The notes under the pieces were generated by a model. It did not search any database and was not told the origin of the DNA. It saw nothing but the letters and a program-made list of their open reading frames with translations. Position numbers and translations under genes: made by a program. Below are positions 20,659 to 31,082 of a DNA stretch of 64,000 nucleotides, piece by piece. Location: positions 992,001 through 1,056,000 of the forward strand of contig OY759726.1 in assembly GCA_963662625.1 (NCBI GenBank), read 5' to 3'. Positions within the stretch are counted from its first letter, which is position 1, and every line of letters starts with the position of its first letter. This DNA comes from Nitrosopumilus sp. Its GTDB lineage: Archaea; Thermoproteota; Nitrososphaeria; Nitrososphaerales; Nitrosopumilaceae.

Positions 20659-21792
20659 ATGGCAAAACCAAGGGTGGCGGTATACGGCCTGAGCACCGAG
20701 GGGTACGCGGTGGCGACCCGGATGGCCATAAAGGGCGCCGACGTCCACATAATAGACGAGTCCACCCCGTCCGCAATCTCCCTGAAGGCGGAGATCGCCA
20801 AGACCTACCCCAACGTGTCCTCGCTGCGGGAGGACGAGCCGCTGCTTGCCATGGAACCCATAGACGTGGCAATCTCCAGGGCCAGGTACCTCTTCTTCAC
20901 CCCCAGGATCCACAAGACCGGGCAGGACATCAAGATCGAGATCAACTCGAAGTTCAAGGACGCCGTCGCGCCGCTCAAGAAGAACAGCTCGGTGGTGAAC
21001 GCGCTTCCCTCGGGGTTCGGGGGCAACAACGAGACGATATCGCTGCTGGAGTACGTGACCGGGCTGGAGGTGGGAAAGCAGATCTCGTACTTTTACTACC
21101 CCCTGACCGCCACCCGGGAGCCCAGGATAATAGGCTCCTTCAACGGGAAGGAGGACCAGGACCTGCTCGGCCTCCTGGCCGGCAAAAAAGAGAAAAGATT
21201 CGTGACCGTGTCGTCCTCCGAGCACTTTCACGCGATCAGCGTGCTGTCGAACTTCTCCAGCCTGTGCAGCACGCTCGAGGTCTGCAAGCTTGCCAGGGAC
21301 GAGGTCACCAAGGCCGACCTCGCCTCGGACGACCTGCGGGACCTCTTCCTGGACAACATGGTGAGCGGCCTGTTCGACCTAAAGTCCCTGGGCTCGTCGT
21401 TCGAGGGCGCGAACACCATGATGTACCTCATCAACGGCGGCATAAAGGGGATCGACGGCTACGTCAAGAGGCTGATCGACGTGGTCCGCACGCTGCTGAA
21501 GAAGAACAACCTCAAGGCCAGCAGGACGAAGATCGCCATATCGTGGACGCTCGACCAGCACGAGATGCGGAGCGACAAGAGCGAGGCGCGGAAGAACCTG
21601 ATGTCCAGGCTGCACGACTACCTGGGGAACGTGGAGTCGTTTGAGGATCCCAACTTCGACCTGTTCCACAGCGACAAGACGACCGTGGTCGTGGCCTGCT
21701 CAAAGCCGGACTTTGACAGGATCATAAAATCCAGGCACGACCCAAGCCTGCTCATAGTGAAGGCCAACCCGCTGTGCGAGATCATCCAATAA
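20659..21792 (+). CDS. Divergent nucleotide-sugar dehydrogenase-like protein
   Basis: Rossmann-like start VAVYGLSTEG; overall UDP-sugar dehydrogenase layout but no GGxC catalytic motif seen. Confidence 0.6.
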   Translation: MAKPRVAVYGLSTEGYAVATRMAIKGADVHIIDESTPSAISLKAEIAKTYPNVSSLREDEPLLAMEPIDVAISRARYLFFTPRIHKTGQDIKIEINSKFKDAVAPLKKNSSVVNALPSGFGGNNETISLLEYVTGLEVGKQISYFYYPLTATREPRIIGSFNGKEDQDLLGLLAGKKEKRFVTVSSSEHFHAISVLSNFSSLCSTLEVCKLARDEVTKADLASDDLRDLFLDNMVSGLFDLKSLGSSFEGANTMMYLINGGIKGIDGYVKRLIDVVRTLLKKNNLKASRTKIAISWTLDQHEMRSDKSEARKNLMSRLHDYLGNVESFEDPNFDLFHSDKTTVVVACSKPDFDRIIKSRHDPSLLIVKANPLCEIIQ

Positions 21793-21827
21793 GAGTATAA
21801 ATTAGCTAGCCGGCTACCCCAGATAAA

Positions 21828-22379
21828 TTGCCTGACGGAGAGCCAGACGAGGCCCGGGCCGAGATACCTGGGGATGCCGGGGATGAGCCGCCGGCCCCGG
21901 GGGGCCGGGACGACGCGGCGCTGCAGGAACTGCTGGAAAGGGAGAGGCAGAACGCCCTTGACTGCCAGGACAAGCTCAAGCACGCCATGGCGGATTTCCA
22001 GAACCTGTCCAGAAAGACGCAGTCCGACATCGAAAACGGCATAAACGCCAGGATCGACGAGCTCATGCTGGAGTTCTTGGGGATCCGCGACGACTTCGAG
22101 AGGGCGAGGCAGGCGTTCCCCGAGGGCGGCGCGGCGGCCGGCGGGATGGACTCCATACTGAAAAACATGGACTCCCTGCTTGCGGGGCACGGCGTCAGGC
22201 CCATCGACGCGCTGGGGGAAATATTCGACCCGAACATGCACGAGGCCATCTCCATCGTGCAGGACCTGGACCTGGACGAGGACACGATCACCAAGGAGAT
22301 TAGGAAAGGATATATTTCTCATGATCGGATAATCAGACCTACGCTGGTAGAAATATCCAAGAAAACAAAGGTGAACTAA
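21828..22379 (+). CDS. grpE: Nucleotide exchange factor GrpE
   Basis: [25 protein letters not shown]. Confidence 0.95.
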   Translation: MPDGEPDEARAEIPGDAGDEPPAPGGRDDAALQELLERERQNALDCQDKLKHAMADFQNLSRKTQSDIENGINARIDELMLEFLGIRDDFERARQAFPEGGAAAGGMDSILKNMDSLLAGHGVRPIDALGEIFDPNMHEAISIVQDLDLDEDTITKEIRKGYISHDRIIRPTLVEISKKTKVN

Positions 22380-22380
22380 A

Positions 22381-24342
22381 ATGAGCAAGGTGATTGGCAT
22401 CGATCTGGGAACGAGCAACTCTGCGGCGGCCGTGGTCATGGGCGGAAAGCCGACCATCATCCCGGCGGCCGAGGGCGCCACCGTGGGGGGCAAGGCGTTC
22501 CCGTCGGTGGTGGCATTCACGAAGGACGGCGAGCTCTTGGTGGGCGAGCCGGCGCGCAGGCAGGCGGTGACCAACCCGGACGGCACGATAGTCGCCGCGA
22601 AGCGGAAGATGGGATCCGACCACGCCTTCAAGGTGCAGGACAAGGACTACAAGCCGCAGCAGATCTCCGCGTTCATACTGCAAAAGATCAAGAAGGACGC
22701 AGAGGCATTCGTCGGCGAGCCGGTCGAAAAGGCGGTCATAACCGTCCCGGCGTACTTTGACGACAACCAGCGCCAGGCGACCAAGGACGCCGGGACCATA
22801 GCGGGGCTGGACGTGGTGCGCATCATCAACGAGCCTACCGCGGCGTCACTGGCGTTCGGGCTGGACAAGTCCAAGGAGGACATGAAGATCCTGGTGTTCG
22901 ACTTCGGCGGCGGCACCCTGGACGTGACGATCATGGAGATGGGCGGCGGCGTGTTTGAGGTCATGAGCACCTCGGGCGACACGCAGCTGGGAGGCACCGA
23001 CATGGACCAGGTGATAATCGAATACGTCCTGGACGAGTTCAAGAAGAAGGAGGGGGTGGATCTCTCCCAGGACAACACCGCCCTGACCAGGATCAGGGAG
23101 GCCGCAGAAAAGGCAAAGATCGAGCTCTCGACGGTGATGGAGACCGACATCAACCTCCCGTTCATAGCGCACGACCCGTCTTCGGGAGCAAAGAACCTCG
23201 AGCTGCGCATAACCCGGGCCAAGCTGGACGAGCTGATCGGGGCCATAATCGAGCGGTGCAGGCCGTCGATAGAGAAGGCGCTGGAAGACGCAAAGCTGTC
23301 AAAAAGCGACATAAGCAGGATCGTGATGGTCGGCGGCCCCACCAGGATCCCGCTGGTGAAGAAGTTCGTGGGTGAGGTGATAGGAAAGGAGCCCGAATCC
23401 GGCGTGGATCCAATGGAGGCGGTGGCGATGGGGGCGGCCATCCAGGCGGGAATCATAGCCGGAGACGTGTCAAGCGACATAGTCCTGCTGGACGTCACGC
23501 CGCTGACGCTGGGAATCGAGACCCTGGGGGGCGTGCGGGAGCCGCTGATAGAGCGCAACACCACGATCCCCACATCGAAGAGCAAGGTCTTCACCACCGC
23601 CGCAGACAACCAGACGGCAGTAACGATCCACGTCGTGCAGGGCGAGAGGCCCATGGCCTCGGACAACGTCTCGCTTGGGAGCTTCAACCTCATGGATCTG
23701 CCCCCCGCGCCCAGGGGGATCCCGCAGATAGAGGTAAAGTTCGACATAGACGCGAACGGGATCATCAACGTGACTGCCAAGGACCTGGGGACCCAGAAGG
23801 AGGCCAAGATCACAATCGAGTCGTCGTCCAAGCTCTCCAAGGACGAGATCGAGAAACTAAAGGAGGACGCGGAAAAATTCTCCGACGAGGACGCGAAGAA
23901 GAAGGAGAAGATCGACCTGAAAAACGAGGCTGAGAGCTACATCTACAGCACCGAAAAGCTGGTAAACCATGACCTTAAGGACAAGATTTCGCAGGAGCAG
24001 GGGATCAAGATCACCGACGCCGCCGCCGGAGTGAAGGAGTCGCTTGACAAGGAGCCCGAGGAACTAAAGCCGAAGCTTGACGCGCTAAAGGCGATCGTCA
24101 ACGAGGTCACGACGGAGCTCTACCGCAACATGACGCCCCCGCCGGGCCCTGACCAGCAGGGAGCGGGATCTACGGACCAGCAGGGAGCGGGATCTACGGA
24201 CCAGCAGGGAGCGGGATCTACGGACCAGCAGGGAGCGGGATCTACGGACCAGCAGGGAGCGGGATCTACGGACCAGCAGGGAGCGGGATCTACGGACCAG
24301 CAGGGAGCGGATTCATCTACCAATGAGACCAGAGGCAGCTAA
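22381..24342 (+). CDS. dnaK: Chaperone DnaK (Hsp70)
   Basis: [47 protein letters not shown]. Confidence 0.98.
   Translation: MSKVIGIDLGTSNSAAAVVMGGKPTIIPAAEGATVGGKAFPSVVAFTKDGELLVGEPARRQAVTNPDGTIVAAKRKMGSDHAFKVQDKDYKPQQISAFILQKIKKDAEAFVGEPVEKAVITVPAYFDDNQRQATKDAGTIAGLDVVRIINEPTAASLAFGLDKSKEDMKILVFDFGGGTLDVTIMEMGGGVFEVMSTSGDTQLGGTDMDQVIIEYVLDEFKKKEGVDLSQDNTALTRIREAAEKAKIELSTVMETDINLPFIAHDPSSGAKNLELRITRAKLDELIGAIIERCRPSIEKALEDAKLSKSDISRIVMVGGPTRIPLVKKFVGEVIGKEPESGVDPMEAVAMGAAIQAGIIAGDVSSDIVLLDVTPLTLGIETLGGVREPLIERNTTIPTSKSKVFTTAADNQTAVTIHVVQGERPMASDNVSLGSFNLMDLPPAPRGIPQIEVKFDIDANGIINVTAKDLGTQKEAKITIESSSKLSKDEIEKLKEDAEKFSDEDAKKKEKIDLKNEAESYIYSTEKLVNHDLKDKISQEQGIKITDAAAGVKESLDKEPEELKPKLDALKAIVNEVTTELYRNMTPPPGPDQQGAGSTDQQGAGSTDQQGAGSTDQQGAGSTDQQGAGSTDQQGAGSTDQQGADSSTNETRGS
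24151..24321 (+). repeat. 24-bp in-frame tandem repeat (6 perfect + 1 variant) in the dnaK tail
   Basis: GACCAGCAGGGAGCGGGATCTACG repeated, encoding DQQGAGST. Confidence 0.97.
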
Positions 24343-24390
24343 ACCGGGAAATCTTAGCCTTCATGCAGCAAAAACCATCCTGTGATGCTT

Positions 24391-25467
24391 ATGGCGGCAA
24401 AGCGCGACTATTATGAAGTCCTCGGAGTGTCAAAAACAAGCTCCGACGACGAGATCAAGTCACAGTACAGGAAGCTGGCGCTGAAATTCCACCCCGACAG
24501 AAACAAGTCCGCCGAGGCGGGGGAGCACTTCAAGGAGATCACCGAGGCGTACGCCGTGCTCTCGGATTCTGAGAAGAGGCAGGTATACGACCAGCAGGGC
24601 CACGCAGGCGTGGACGGGCGGTACAGCCCCGACGACATCTTCAAGGGGGCCAGGGGGGACTTTAGCGACATGTTCGGGCAGGGGGGCTTCGAGTCCATCT
24701 TCGAGTCCATCTTCGGGGGCGGCGGGGGGTTCGGGAACCGGCGGCAGCGCGGTTCCGACATCCTCCGCGAGGTGGATGTCACCCTGGAAGACGTCCTGCA
24801 CGGAAAGAGGATGGAGATCGGCCTGCGAAAGGAGATCCGGTGCAGCGCGTGCTCCGGCACGGGCTGCAGCCCGGGTACCAGCATGAACACATGCAAGTCG
24901 TGCAACGGGCACGGCAAGGTCCGCAAGGCCAAGAGCATGGGGTTTGCGTCCTTTGTCACGGTAGAGCCGTGTTCCGCGTGCCGGGGCAACGGCTCGATCA
25001 TAGATACCCCGTGCAGGGAGTGCAGGGGCAAGGGATCCAGGAATGGAGAGACGAGCGCCTCGTTTGATATACCCCCTGGCGTGGAGAGCGGGGACTATAA
25101 CGTTCCCGGGCAGGGCAACGAGATGCCCCGTGGGGTCAACGGGGACCTGATCGTCAGGCTCAGGGTCCTTCCGCACAAGTTTTTCAAGAGGGACGGGACG
25201 GACATATTCTATGATCACGACGTGTCAATGGTCAACGCGGCGCTGGGATGCGACATCCTGGTCCCCACCCTGGAGGGGACGGAAAAGGTCAAGGTCGATT
25301 CCGGAAGCCAGCCCAACACGATAATAAAGCTCCGGGGCAAGGGCGTCCCGCACATCAGCTCCCGCGGCCGGGGCGACCAGTACGTGCGCATAGTAGTCAA
25401 CATACCAAAAAAGCTCAGCAAGCGCCAAAAACAGATCCTCGATGACTTTCAACGCTCCTTTGACTGA
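24391..25467 (+). CDS. dnaJ: Chaperone DnaJ
   Basis: J domain with HPD, G/F region, four CxxCxGxG repeats. Confidence 0.97.
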   Translation: MAAKRDYYEVLGVSKTSSDDEIKSQYRKLALKFHPDRNKSAEAGEHFKEITEAYAVLSDSEKRQVYDQQGHAGVDGRYSPDDIFKGARGDFSDMFGQGGFESIFESIFGGGGGFGNRRQRGSDILREVDVTLEDVLHGKRMEIGLRKEIRCSACSGTGCSPGTSMNTCKSCNGHGKVRKAKSMGFASFVTVEPCSACRGNGSIIDTPCRECRGKGSRNGETSASFDIPPGVESGDYNVPGQGNEMPRGVNGDLIVRLRVLPHKFFKRDGTDIFYDHDVSMVNAALGCDILVPTLEGTEKVKVDSGSQPNTIIKLRGKGVPHISSRGRGDQYVRIVVNIPKKLSKRQKQILDDFQRSFD

Positions 25468-25470
25468 ACG

Positions 25471-26007
25471 ATGAAGATCGCCTTGGACGTAGACGGAGTG
25501 CTGGCAGACGTGATCGAGCCGTGGCTGGCCTACAACAACACGGTAAGGAAGCCTCTCGAGAAGGCGGACGTCACGGACTGGGACTTTTGGCGGCGGCTCG
25601 GGATCGACCGGCTCCTCTTCTACGAGGAGCTCTCGTTGTGCTGGAAGGACTGGGCCTCGATCCCCCCCACGGAGCGGGACCTGGCCCGGGCCACCGAGGA
25701 CCTCTCGGCCCTCGGCCAGGTAGACATCCTCACTGCCCGTGAAAAGTCAACCGACCACTTCGTAAAGGAATGGCTGAAACTGCACGGGATATCCTACGGC
25801 AGCTATGTCTCGGTCGACTATGGGCCCAAGAAGGCGGAGTTCGACTACGACGTGTTCATCGACGACTCGCCGCTGAACGCGTCACGCTTCATGCAGGGGG
25901 GCAAGGCCGTCCTGCTGTATTGCCAGCCGTGGAACCGCGGGGTCTCCGGCCCCGGCATGCGCAGGATCTCTAGCCTGCACGACGCGGTCAAACTCTTGAA
26001 ACCCTGA
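25471..26007 (+). CDS. HAD-family 5'(3')-deoxyribonucleotidase-like protein
   Basis: IALDVDGVLAD, LTAR, FIDDSP, QPWN. Confidence 0.85.
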   Translation: MKIALDVDGVLADVIEPWLAYNNTVRKPLEKADVTDWDFWRRLGIDRLLFYEELSLCWKDWASIPPTERDLARATEDLSALGQVDILTAREKSTDHFVKEWLKLHGISYGSYVSVDYGPKKAEFDYDVFIDDSPLNASRFMQGGKAVLLYCQPWNRGVSGPGMRRISSLHDAVKLLKP

Positions 26008-26173
26008 CCCCCGCGCTGTCGTAGAACCTTATCTTGACGTGGTGGCCGTCCCGCACGTGCTCTGCGTGGTTGGTCTTTAGCAGGTCCTTTATCTTGTCCT
26101 CGTTGTAGAACTCCACGTTGTACCTGCCGAGGACCTTCCTACAGTTGTCGCAGTAGATCTCCCTGAACTTCAT
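25988..26173 (-). CDS. Small hypothetical protein, putative C2H2-type metal site
   Basis: 61 aa, CDNC...HAEHVRDGHH; host-like codon usage. Confidence 0.65.
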   Translation of the reverse strand: MKFREIYCDNCRKVLGRYNVEFYNEDKIKDLLKTNHAEHVRDGHHVKIRFYDSAGVRVSRV

Positions 26174-26247
26174 TCCCGCCTGGCACCTTAAACCCTATGG
26201 CCGCGAAGATAATAAAGACACTTATTCTCGTTTAAAAAACCCCCATT

Positions 26248-26332
26248 GCGGGAATCGCCCAGCCTGGTCAACGGCGTAAGGTTCAGGTCCTTATCTTCTA
26301 GGAGTTCGTGGGTTCGAATCCCACTTCCCGCA
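26248..26332 (+). tRNA. tRNA-Leu(CAG)
   Basis: GCGGGAA/TTCCCGC acceptor stem, TAAGG-TTCAGGT-CCTTA anticodon arm, long variable arm, GGTTCGAATCC; TTTAAA box upstream. Confidence 0.95.
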
Positions 26333-26337
26333 CTACA

Positions 26338-26370
26338 TGTAGGGCGGAAATCCTTTATGCCCGCCCTACA
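26338..26370 (+). repeat. 10-bp perfect inverted repeat just after tRNA-Leu (hairpin or att arm)
   Basis: TGTAGGGCGG-N13-CCGCCCTACA. Confidence 0.8.
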
Positions 26371-26375
26371 ATACC

Positions 26376-26695
26376 ATGTGCACGGGCCAGGGCGACCTTC
26401 CGGAACGCGAGTCCGCCCGACAGTTCCTCAGGGGCTTCCGCACGGAGGCGACCCGGGAGTCGTACCGCAAGAAGCTTGCGCAGTTCGTGCGGCTTGCCGG
26501 GACCACCCCGACGCGCTGCTCGAGGAGGCGCATGCCAAGCCCAAGTCTGTCCAGAACATGATAATCGACCACATCGAGGAGCGCAAAAAAGAGGTGAGCG
26601 GCTCCACCATACACCAGACTGTCACGGCGATGAAGCATTTTTTTGAGATGAACGACGCGGAGGAAGCCATATCGTGGTCTAAGATAGCAAGATCT
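26376..26695 (+). pseudogene. Tyrosine recombinase/integrase N-terminal relic, frameshifted and truncated
   Basis: FLRGFRTEATRESYRKKLAQF, frameshift near 26510, then MIIDHIEERKKEVSGSTIHQTVTAMKHFFEMND..ISWSKI (core-binding domain pattern); no catalytic domain; adjacent to tRNA 3' end. Confidence 0.7.
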
Positions 26696-26906
26696 GCACC
26701 TCTGTTAGATGTCATGATTGGTGTCGAATCCATTGATAAAAAGCACATCTTCCAAAAACAGACATAAAAAACATAAGCTACCATAATGAAAACGGATGGT
26801 CGTACTGGACTACGTGTGATAATGTAAATGAGACTAATAATGGGTTTGTCATACAGTGCGATCCGCCATATCGAACTATTAAGGCAGGAATTGGAGGATA
26901 CAAGGA

Positions 26907-27515
26907 TTGTTAAGCAAAATCTTGGTTCTAGGCACAGTTGTAGCGATGGGCATAACAGCACTCCTGTACTTGGATTCCCAAACCACACATGAGCTCCCAT
27001 ACGTTGGAAAATATTCGGAATCCCTGGAAGGCCAAAAACGCAGCACGCCATTTCCAAACCTTGAAACCATGTATGGCACCCAGATCGAAGGTGTCAGTAA
27101 ATTGAGTGACGCGTCTGATTCGGTCGTGAAAATATCGACCAGCCTGCCCAAAGGAGCAGAGTTTAAGCTGCTGTTCGATTTTATAGTGCAGACTGTCATT
27201 TACGGGCCGGCATCCGTTGACTACGACACGCGTAGCGACAACATCGATACCGTGCTGGATAACCATGGAATCATGGTGTTGTACAGCGATCTTCCCGATG
27301 GACTTGGCATTGTTCAATGGCAGAAGGCCTACCTGGAAGACAGCCCGCGCGCGGAGCTTATCCGTGCCAACGGTGTTGACGCCACAGGCCTGAGCGGAGA
27401 TCCTGAATTGGGGGAAATGTCCAAACCCATCTTCAATAAAGGAAGGACACTGGTTGAGGTGTTTTCAGTGGTGTATGCCCTTACCGACCTGATCAAGATG
27501 GCAGAAAATATCTGA
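26907..27515 (+). CDS. Membrane-anchored or exported hypothetical protein (202 aa), AT-richer island
   Basis: N-terminal hydrophobic helix; intact ORF. Confidence 0.7.
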   Translation: MLSKILVLGTVVAMGITALLYLDSQTTHELPYVGKYSESLEGQKRSTPFPNLETMYGTQIEGVSKLSDASDSVVKISTSLPKGAEFKLLFDFIVQTVIYGPASVDYDTRSDNIDTVLDNHGIMVLYSDLPDGLGIVQWQKAYLEDSPRAELIRANGVDATGLSGDPELGEMSKPIFNKGRTLVEVFSVVYALTDLIKMAENI

Positions 27516-27589
27516 ACAGCCTTCTCCCAAGACTGTAACGCCTGCATGTTTTGTGTGTTGTGGAACATGCAGTTGAGCGAAATGTGTCG

Positions 27590-28046
27590 GATCCCGCCTC
27601 CTCATGGCGGGGACTTGGGCTCCGTGCCCGGGCAGGGCAGGAACGTGAACAGGTGGGGGGGGGGGTGGCCCGCTCAGGCATCGCGCCGAACCGGCACCAC
27701 GCCCGCGAGTACTCCACGGCGATCCGGGACGCCTCCCCCGCTATGCCGTCGTGTCACTTCCTGCCTCCCGGGTCCGATTCCGGGGCCTTGGCCCTGCAGT
27801 ACATTTCCTTGAGGTGCACGCACGGGCCGTGCAGCAGGTGGTCCCCCCGCACGGGCGCCTGGCCTCCCGCAGCACGTGCGCCAGCGCCCTTGCAGCACCG
27901 CGAACCCGGGCCTGTACGGCGCGTACCCGTCCACCGTGACCGGGATCTTCCCGTAGAGAAAGTGGCAGTCGATCACGGCACCGCCGCCTCGCCGCCATGT
28001 GGTGCCGGTGCGGGCGGGGCCCGGGGCCGACGGGGCCCGCGAGCAA
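27590..28046 (-). pseudogene. Degenerate IS66-family transposase fragment
   Basis: RGGGAVID..KIPVTVDGYAPY..FAVLQ, then in another frame AHVLREA (IS66 DGY..Y...QRCWAH.LR motif); boundaries approximate. Confidence 0.6.
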
Positions 28047-28157
28047 GCTGGTCGGCGACTTTGACGCTTCCATGCGCATGGTGACTGAACAGCCTCTGTG
28101 ACAGGTGCACCTGCCCGCGCTGGTCGGCGACTTTGACGCTTCCATGCGCATGGTGAC
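28047..28157. repeat. 39-bp perfect direct repeat separated by 33 bp
   Basis: GCTGGTCGGCGACTTTGACGCTTCCATGCGCATGGTGAC at 28047-28085 and 28119-28157. Confidence 0.95.
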
Positions 28158-28584
28158 GGCGTGCGCGGTAATACGCAGGGCATCTTGCGGCGGCTGCGGG
28201 ACGGTCGCGTGCGCCGAATCGCCGTTCCCGGAGGGCGCGTCGCCGGGGCCCGTGGAGCTCGGGGTGGTGCCCGCGCTGTTTGCCACGGGCTGCGCCGACG
28301 CCCGCACCGCGTGGTTCTTCCGCGCCGTGTCCGGGTTCGGGATGGCGGCCAACGCGGTGGCCGCGGCGCGCCGCGCGGTGGCCGCGCCCCTGGCGGACCC
28401 GATCCTTTCCATGCGGGAGGCGATACGGGCCCGGCCGTGGGCGCGGGCGGGACCATGTTCAGGAGGGGCGACGGCCACTGGGGGTGCGTCTGGGTGGCGC
28501 ATGCCGACGCCGCGGTGTGGGTGCTGTTCTCCCCCGCCAGGGCCGCCGCCGAACACCTATAAGCGATCCTCCCGCATCCAGCCC

Positions 28585-29175
28585 ATGCACAAGGGGATCG
28601 CGGCGGCGATACTCATCGCCGTGGCGCTGGCCGTCGGCGTACTCATAGGCCCGCTGTTCCACGCCACAGAAGTCGACGAGGCGCTGCCTGCCGAGCTGAA
28701 CCGGCTCCGGGAGGGGCTCACGATGGAGGAGTTCTCTAACATGGACGACCGGCCCAGGGCCGCCCTGGTCGGCGCGATGCCGGACAGGGTAAAGGAGATG
28801 ATCATGGACGAGGCCGCCGGGTCGCCGACGTCGGTCTCCGAGGGGATGGACGAGTCGGGCGGCCTGCGGGTCATCAAGACCGGCTCGTTCGTGGGGCTGG
28901 CGGGGCACCATGCCCGGGGTGACGCGAAGATCCTGCAGGCAGGCGACTCCCAGTACCTGAGGTTCGAGAACTTCGAGGTCACCAACGGCCCCGACCTGAG
29001 GGTGTACGTGACGCGGGACGGCGACGTAAAGCAGGGGATCCACCTGGACAAGCTCAAGGGGAGTAGGGGCTCGCAGAACTACGCGCTTGACGGGATCGAC
29101 ACCGCGGCGTACGGCACCGTGGTCATCTACTGCCAGCCGTTTGGGGCCTACTTTGGCGAGGCGACGCTAAGCTAG
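28585..29175 (+). CDS. DM13 domain protein with N-terminal membrane anchor
   Basis: GSFVG..HHARG, LRFENFEVTNGPDLRVY, LKGSRGSQNY, VVIYCQPF..FGEA; ATG at 28585. Confidence 0.88.
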   Translation: MHKGIAAAILIAVALAVGVLIGPLFHATEVDEALPAELNRLREGLTMEEFSNMDDRPRAALVGAMPDRVKEMIMDEAAGSPTSVSEGMDESGGLRVIKTGSFVGLAGHHARGDAKILQAGDSQYLRFENFEVTNGPDLRVYVTRDGDVKQGIHLDKLKGSRGSQNYALDGIDTAAYGTVVIYCQPFGAYFGEATLS

Positions 29176-29186
29176 GGACGCCAGGC

Positions 29187-31076
29187 CTACCCGAGCCTCT
29201 CCCTGATGGCCTTCGAGAGCGCCTTGCTGACTGCCTCGCCGGACGCCTTTCCCCTCAGCCTCTTCATGGCGATCCCCATGAGGGGCCCCATGGCCCTCTC
29301 CCCCTGCTTGCGCACCAGCCCCATGTTCTCCACGACGATCTCCCCCACCATGCCCTCCACGTCCTCCTCGCTTACGGCCTCCATCGAGGCGCCGGCCATG
29401 GCCTCCTCCACCGTGCGGGCCCTGCCCGCCATGATGCTCTCAAATATGATCCCGACCGACTCCTTCGCGATCTTCTCGTCCTCCAGCAGCACGAACGCCT
29501 TCGCGATCTCGCCGTCCCCTAGCAGCCCCGGATCCAGCCCGTCCCTCTCGAGGCTGGTGATGGTGGAGCACAGCACGGAGGCCACAAACGCCGGGTTCGA
29601 CCCTCCCGCGGCCACCTCCTCGAAGATCCCCAGGTACCGCGAGTCGAACACCTGCTCGGCAAGCTGCTGGTTGATCTTGAACCTCTCCCGCAGCTCCCTC
29701 ACCGACTCGTCCCAGGGCTTTGGGACCTTCCTGCCCGCCTCCTCCAGCTCCCAGGGGGAGACTGCGATCGGCGGGACGTCGGTCTCCGGGTACATCCGCG
29801 CCGCCCCCGGCCTGGGCCGCAGGAACCTCGTCTCCCCCGACTGGGTGGCGGCCCGGGTGTCCCTGGGGATCCCGCCGTCGCGGATCTCGGACATCCTCAG
29901 GAAGATCCTGTCTGCCACGGCGTCGGCGATCCCCGGCGGCGAGGCCAGCAGCACGAAGGCGTCGCCGTCGCCGATGCCGTGCCGCTCCCTCAGCGAGTCC
30001 GCGTCCCCCCCGGTGATCCCGTACGCGGGCAGCTCGTCGGAGTGGAAGATCCCGCCCAGCCCGAAGGACCTGGCCACCTCTGCCAGGTCCCTGCCGAGCC
30101 TGATCCCGGGGACGTGCTCCCTGCCGAACGACCCGGCCAGCCCCTCGAACACCAGCAGGCTCACGACGTGGCCCCTGCCCAGGGCCTCCATTACGACCTT
30201 CGAGCCCCACGATCCCGCCTCGCCCGTGGCGTCGATCCTTCCGGGCCTTTCGAGCTTCCTGCCCGCCAGATCCGACGAGATCTGCAGCATCCCGTACTGC
30301 CTCCTCGCCTCGAACTCCACGACGCCCTCCAGCTGCTCCAGCTGCTGCACCCCCTTCACCTCCACGACCGTGCCGCCCTCCCTGATGGACACGTTAACGT
30401 CCTGCCTGATGGATCCGATCCCCCTCCTCACCATCTTGGTGGCCCTCAGGATCCTACCCAGGGCGAGGGCTGCCGCCCTGGCCTCCCCCGGGCCGGCCTC
30501 GAACGGCTCGGTGGCGATCTCCACCAGCGGCACCCCCAGGCGCTCCAGGCTGTACTTCCTGACGCTTCCGTCGTCGCCCAGGATCTTTGCGGCGTCCTCC
30601 TCCAGGCAGACCGACTGGATCCCGATCCTCCTGCCGCCCGCCTCGTAAAAGCCCCCCCGGGAGACCAGCATGGTGCGCTGGAACCCCGCCGTGTTAGACC
30701 CGTCGACCACCGTCTTCCTCATGGGGTATATCTCGCCGAAAACGCTCGACTTGAGGGCCGCCGCGATGACCAGGGCGATCCCCTTCGCGTCCCCGTCCAG
30801 CCCGTGCGGCGGCTCCTCGTCCTGCTCCACCAGGCAGCTGCTCTCGGGGTTCCCGTAGTATTCCATCGTCATCCCCTTCGACCCCTCAAACAGCGCCGCG
30901 GGATCGTGCTCCCCGAGCTCGCCCCTCGAGGGGCGCAGCGCCCTCCGGAACGTGACGGGGTACTCGCCCGACTCGGCCGTCCCGCAGCCGCAGAACAGCT
31001 TCCTGCCGGTGTCCAGCTGCTGGTGTATCTCCAGGCCGACCATCAGCCCCACGTCGCCTGTGGAAAACCGCCGCAT
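29187..31076 (-). CDS. gatE: Glu-tRNA(Gln) amidotransferase subunit E
   Basis: GLEIHQQL, RKTVVDGSNTAGFQRT, LEEDAA, RPRPGAARMYPETD. Confidence 0.96.
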   Translation of the reverse strand: MRRFSTGDVGLMVGLEIHQQLDTGRKLFCGCGTAESGEYPVTFRRALRPSRGELGEHDPAALFEGSKGMTMEYYGNPESSCLVEQDEEPPHGLDGDAKGIALVIAAALKSSVFGEIYPMRKTVVDGSNTAGFQRTMLVSRGGFYEAGGRRIGIQSVCLEEDAAKILGDDGSVRKYSLERLGVPLVEIATEPFEAGPGEARAAALALGRILRATKMVRRGIGSIRQDVNVSIREGGTVVEVKGVQQLEQLEGVVEFEARRQYGMLQISSDLAGRKLERPGRIDATGEAGSWGSKVVMEALGRGHVVSLLVFEGLAGSFGREHVPGIRLGRDLAEVARSFGLGGIFHSDELPAYGITGGDADSLRERHGIGDGDAFVLLASPPGIADAVADRIFLRMSEIRDGGIPRDTRAATQSGETRFLRPRPGAARMYPETDVPPIAVSPWELEEAGRKVPKPWDESVRELRERFKINQQLAEQVFDSRYLGIFEEVAAGGSNPAFVASVLCSTITSLERDGLDPGLLGDGEIAKAFVLLEDEKIAKESVGIIFESIMAGRARTVEEAMAGASMEAVSEEDVEGMVGEIVVENMGLVRKQGERAMGPLMGIAMKRLRGKASGEAVSKALSKAIRERLG

Positions 31077-31082
31077 TGCCCC

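Noticed and set aside
27741-27860. TnpB zinc-finger relic (TSRKC)
   Set aside because: No second CxxC or DxNAA motif; adjacent motifs fit IS66 instead.
28047-28157. CRISPR array call for the 39/33/39 unit (and the 36/35/36 unit at 54936)
   Set aside because: Only two repeats each, unrelated to one another, with no AT-rich leader and no cas genes; one repeat is a copy of a coding 3' end.
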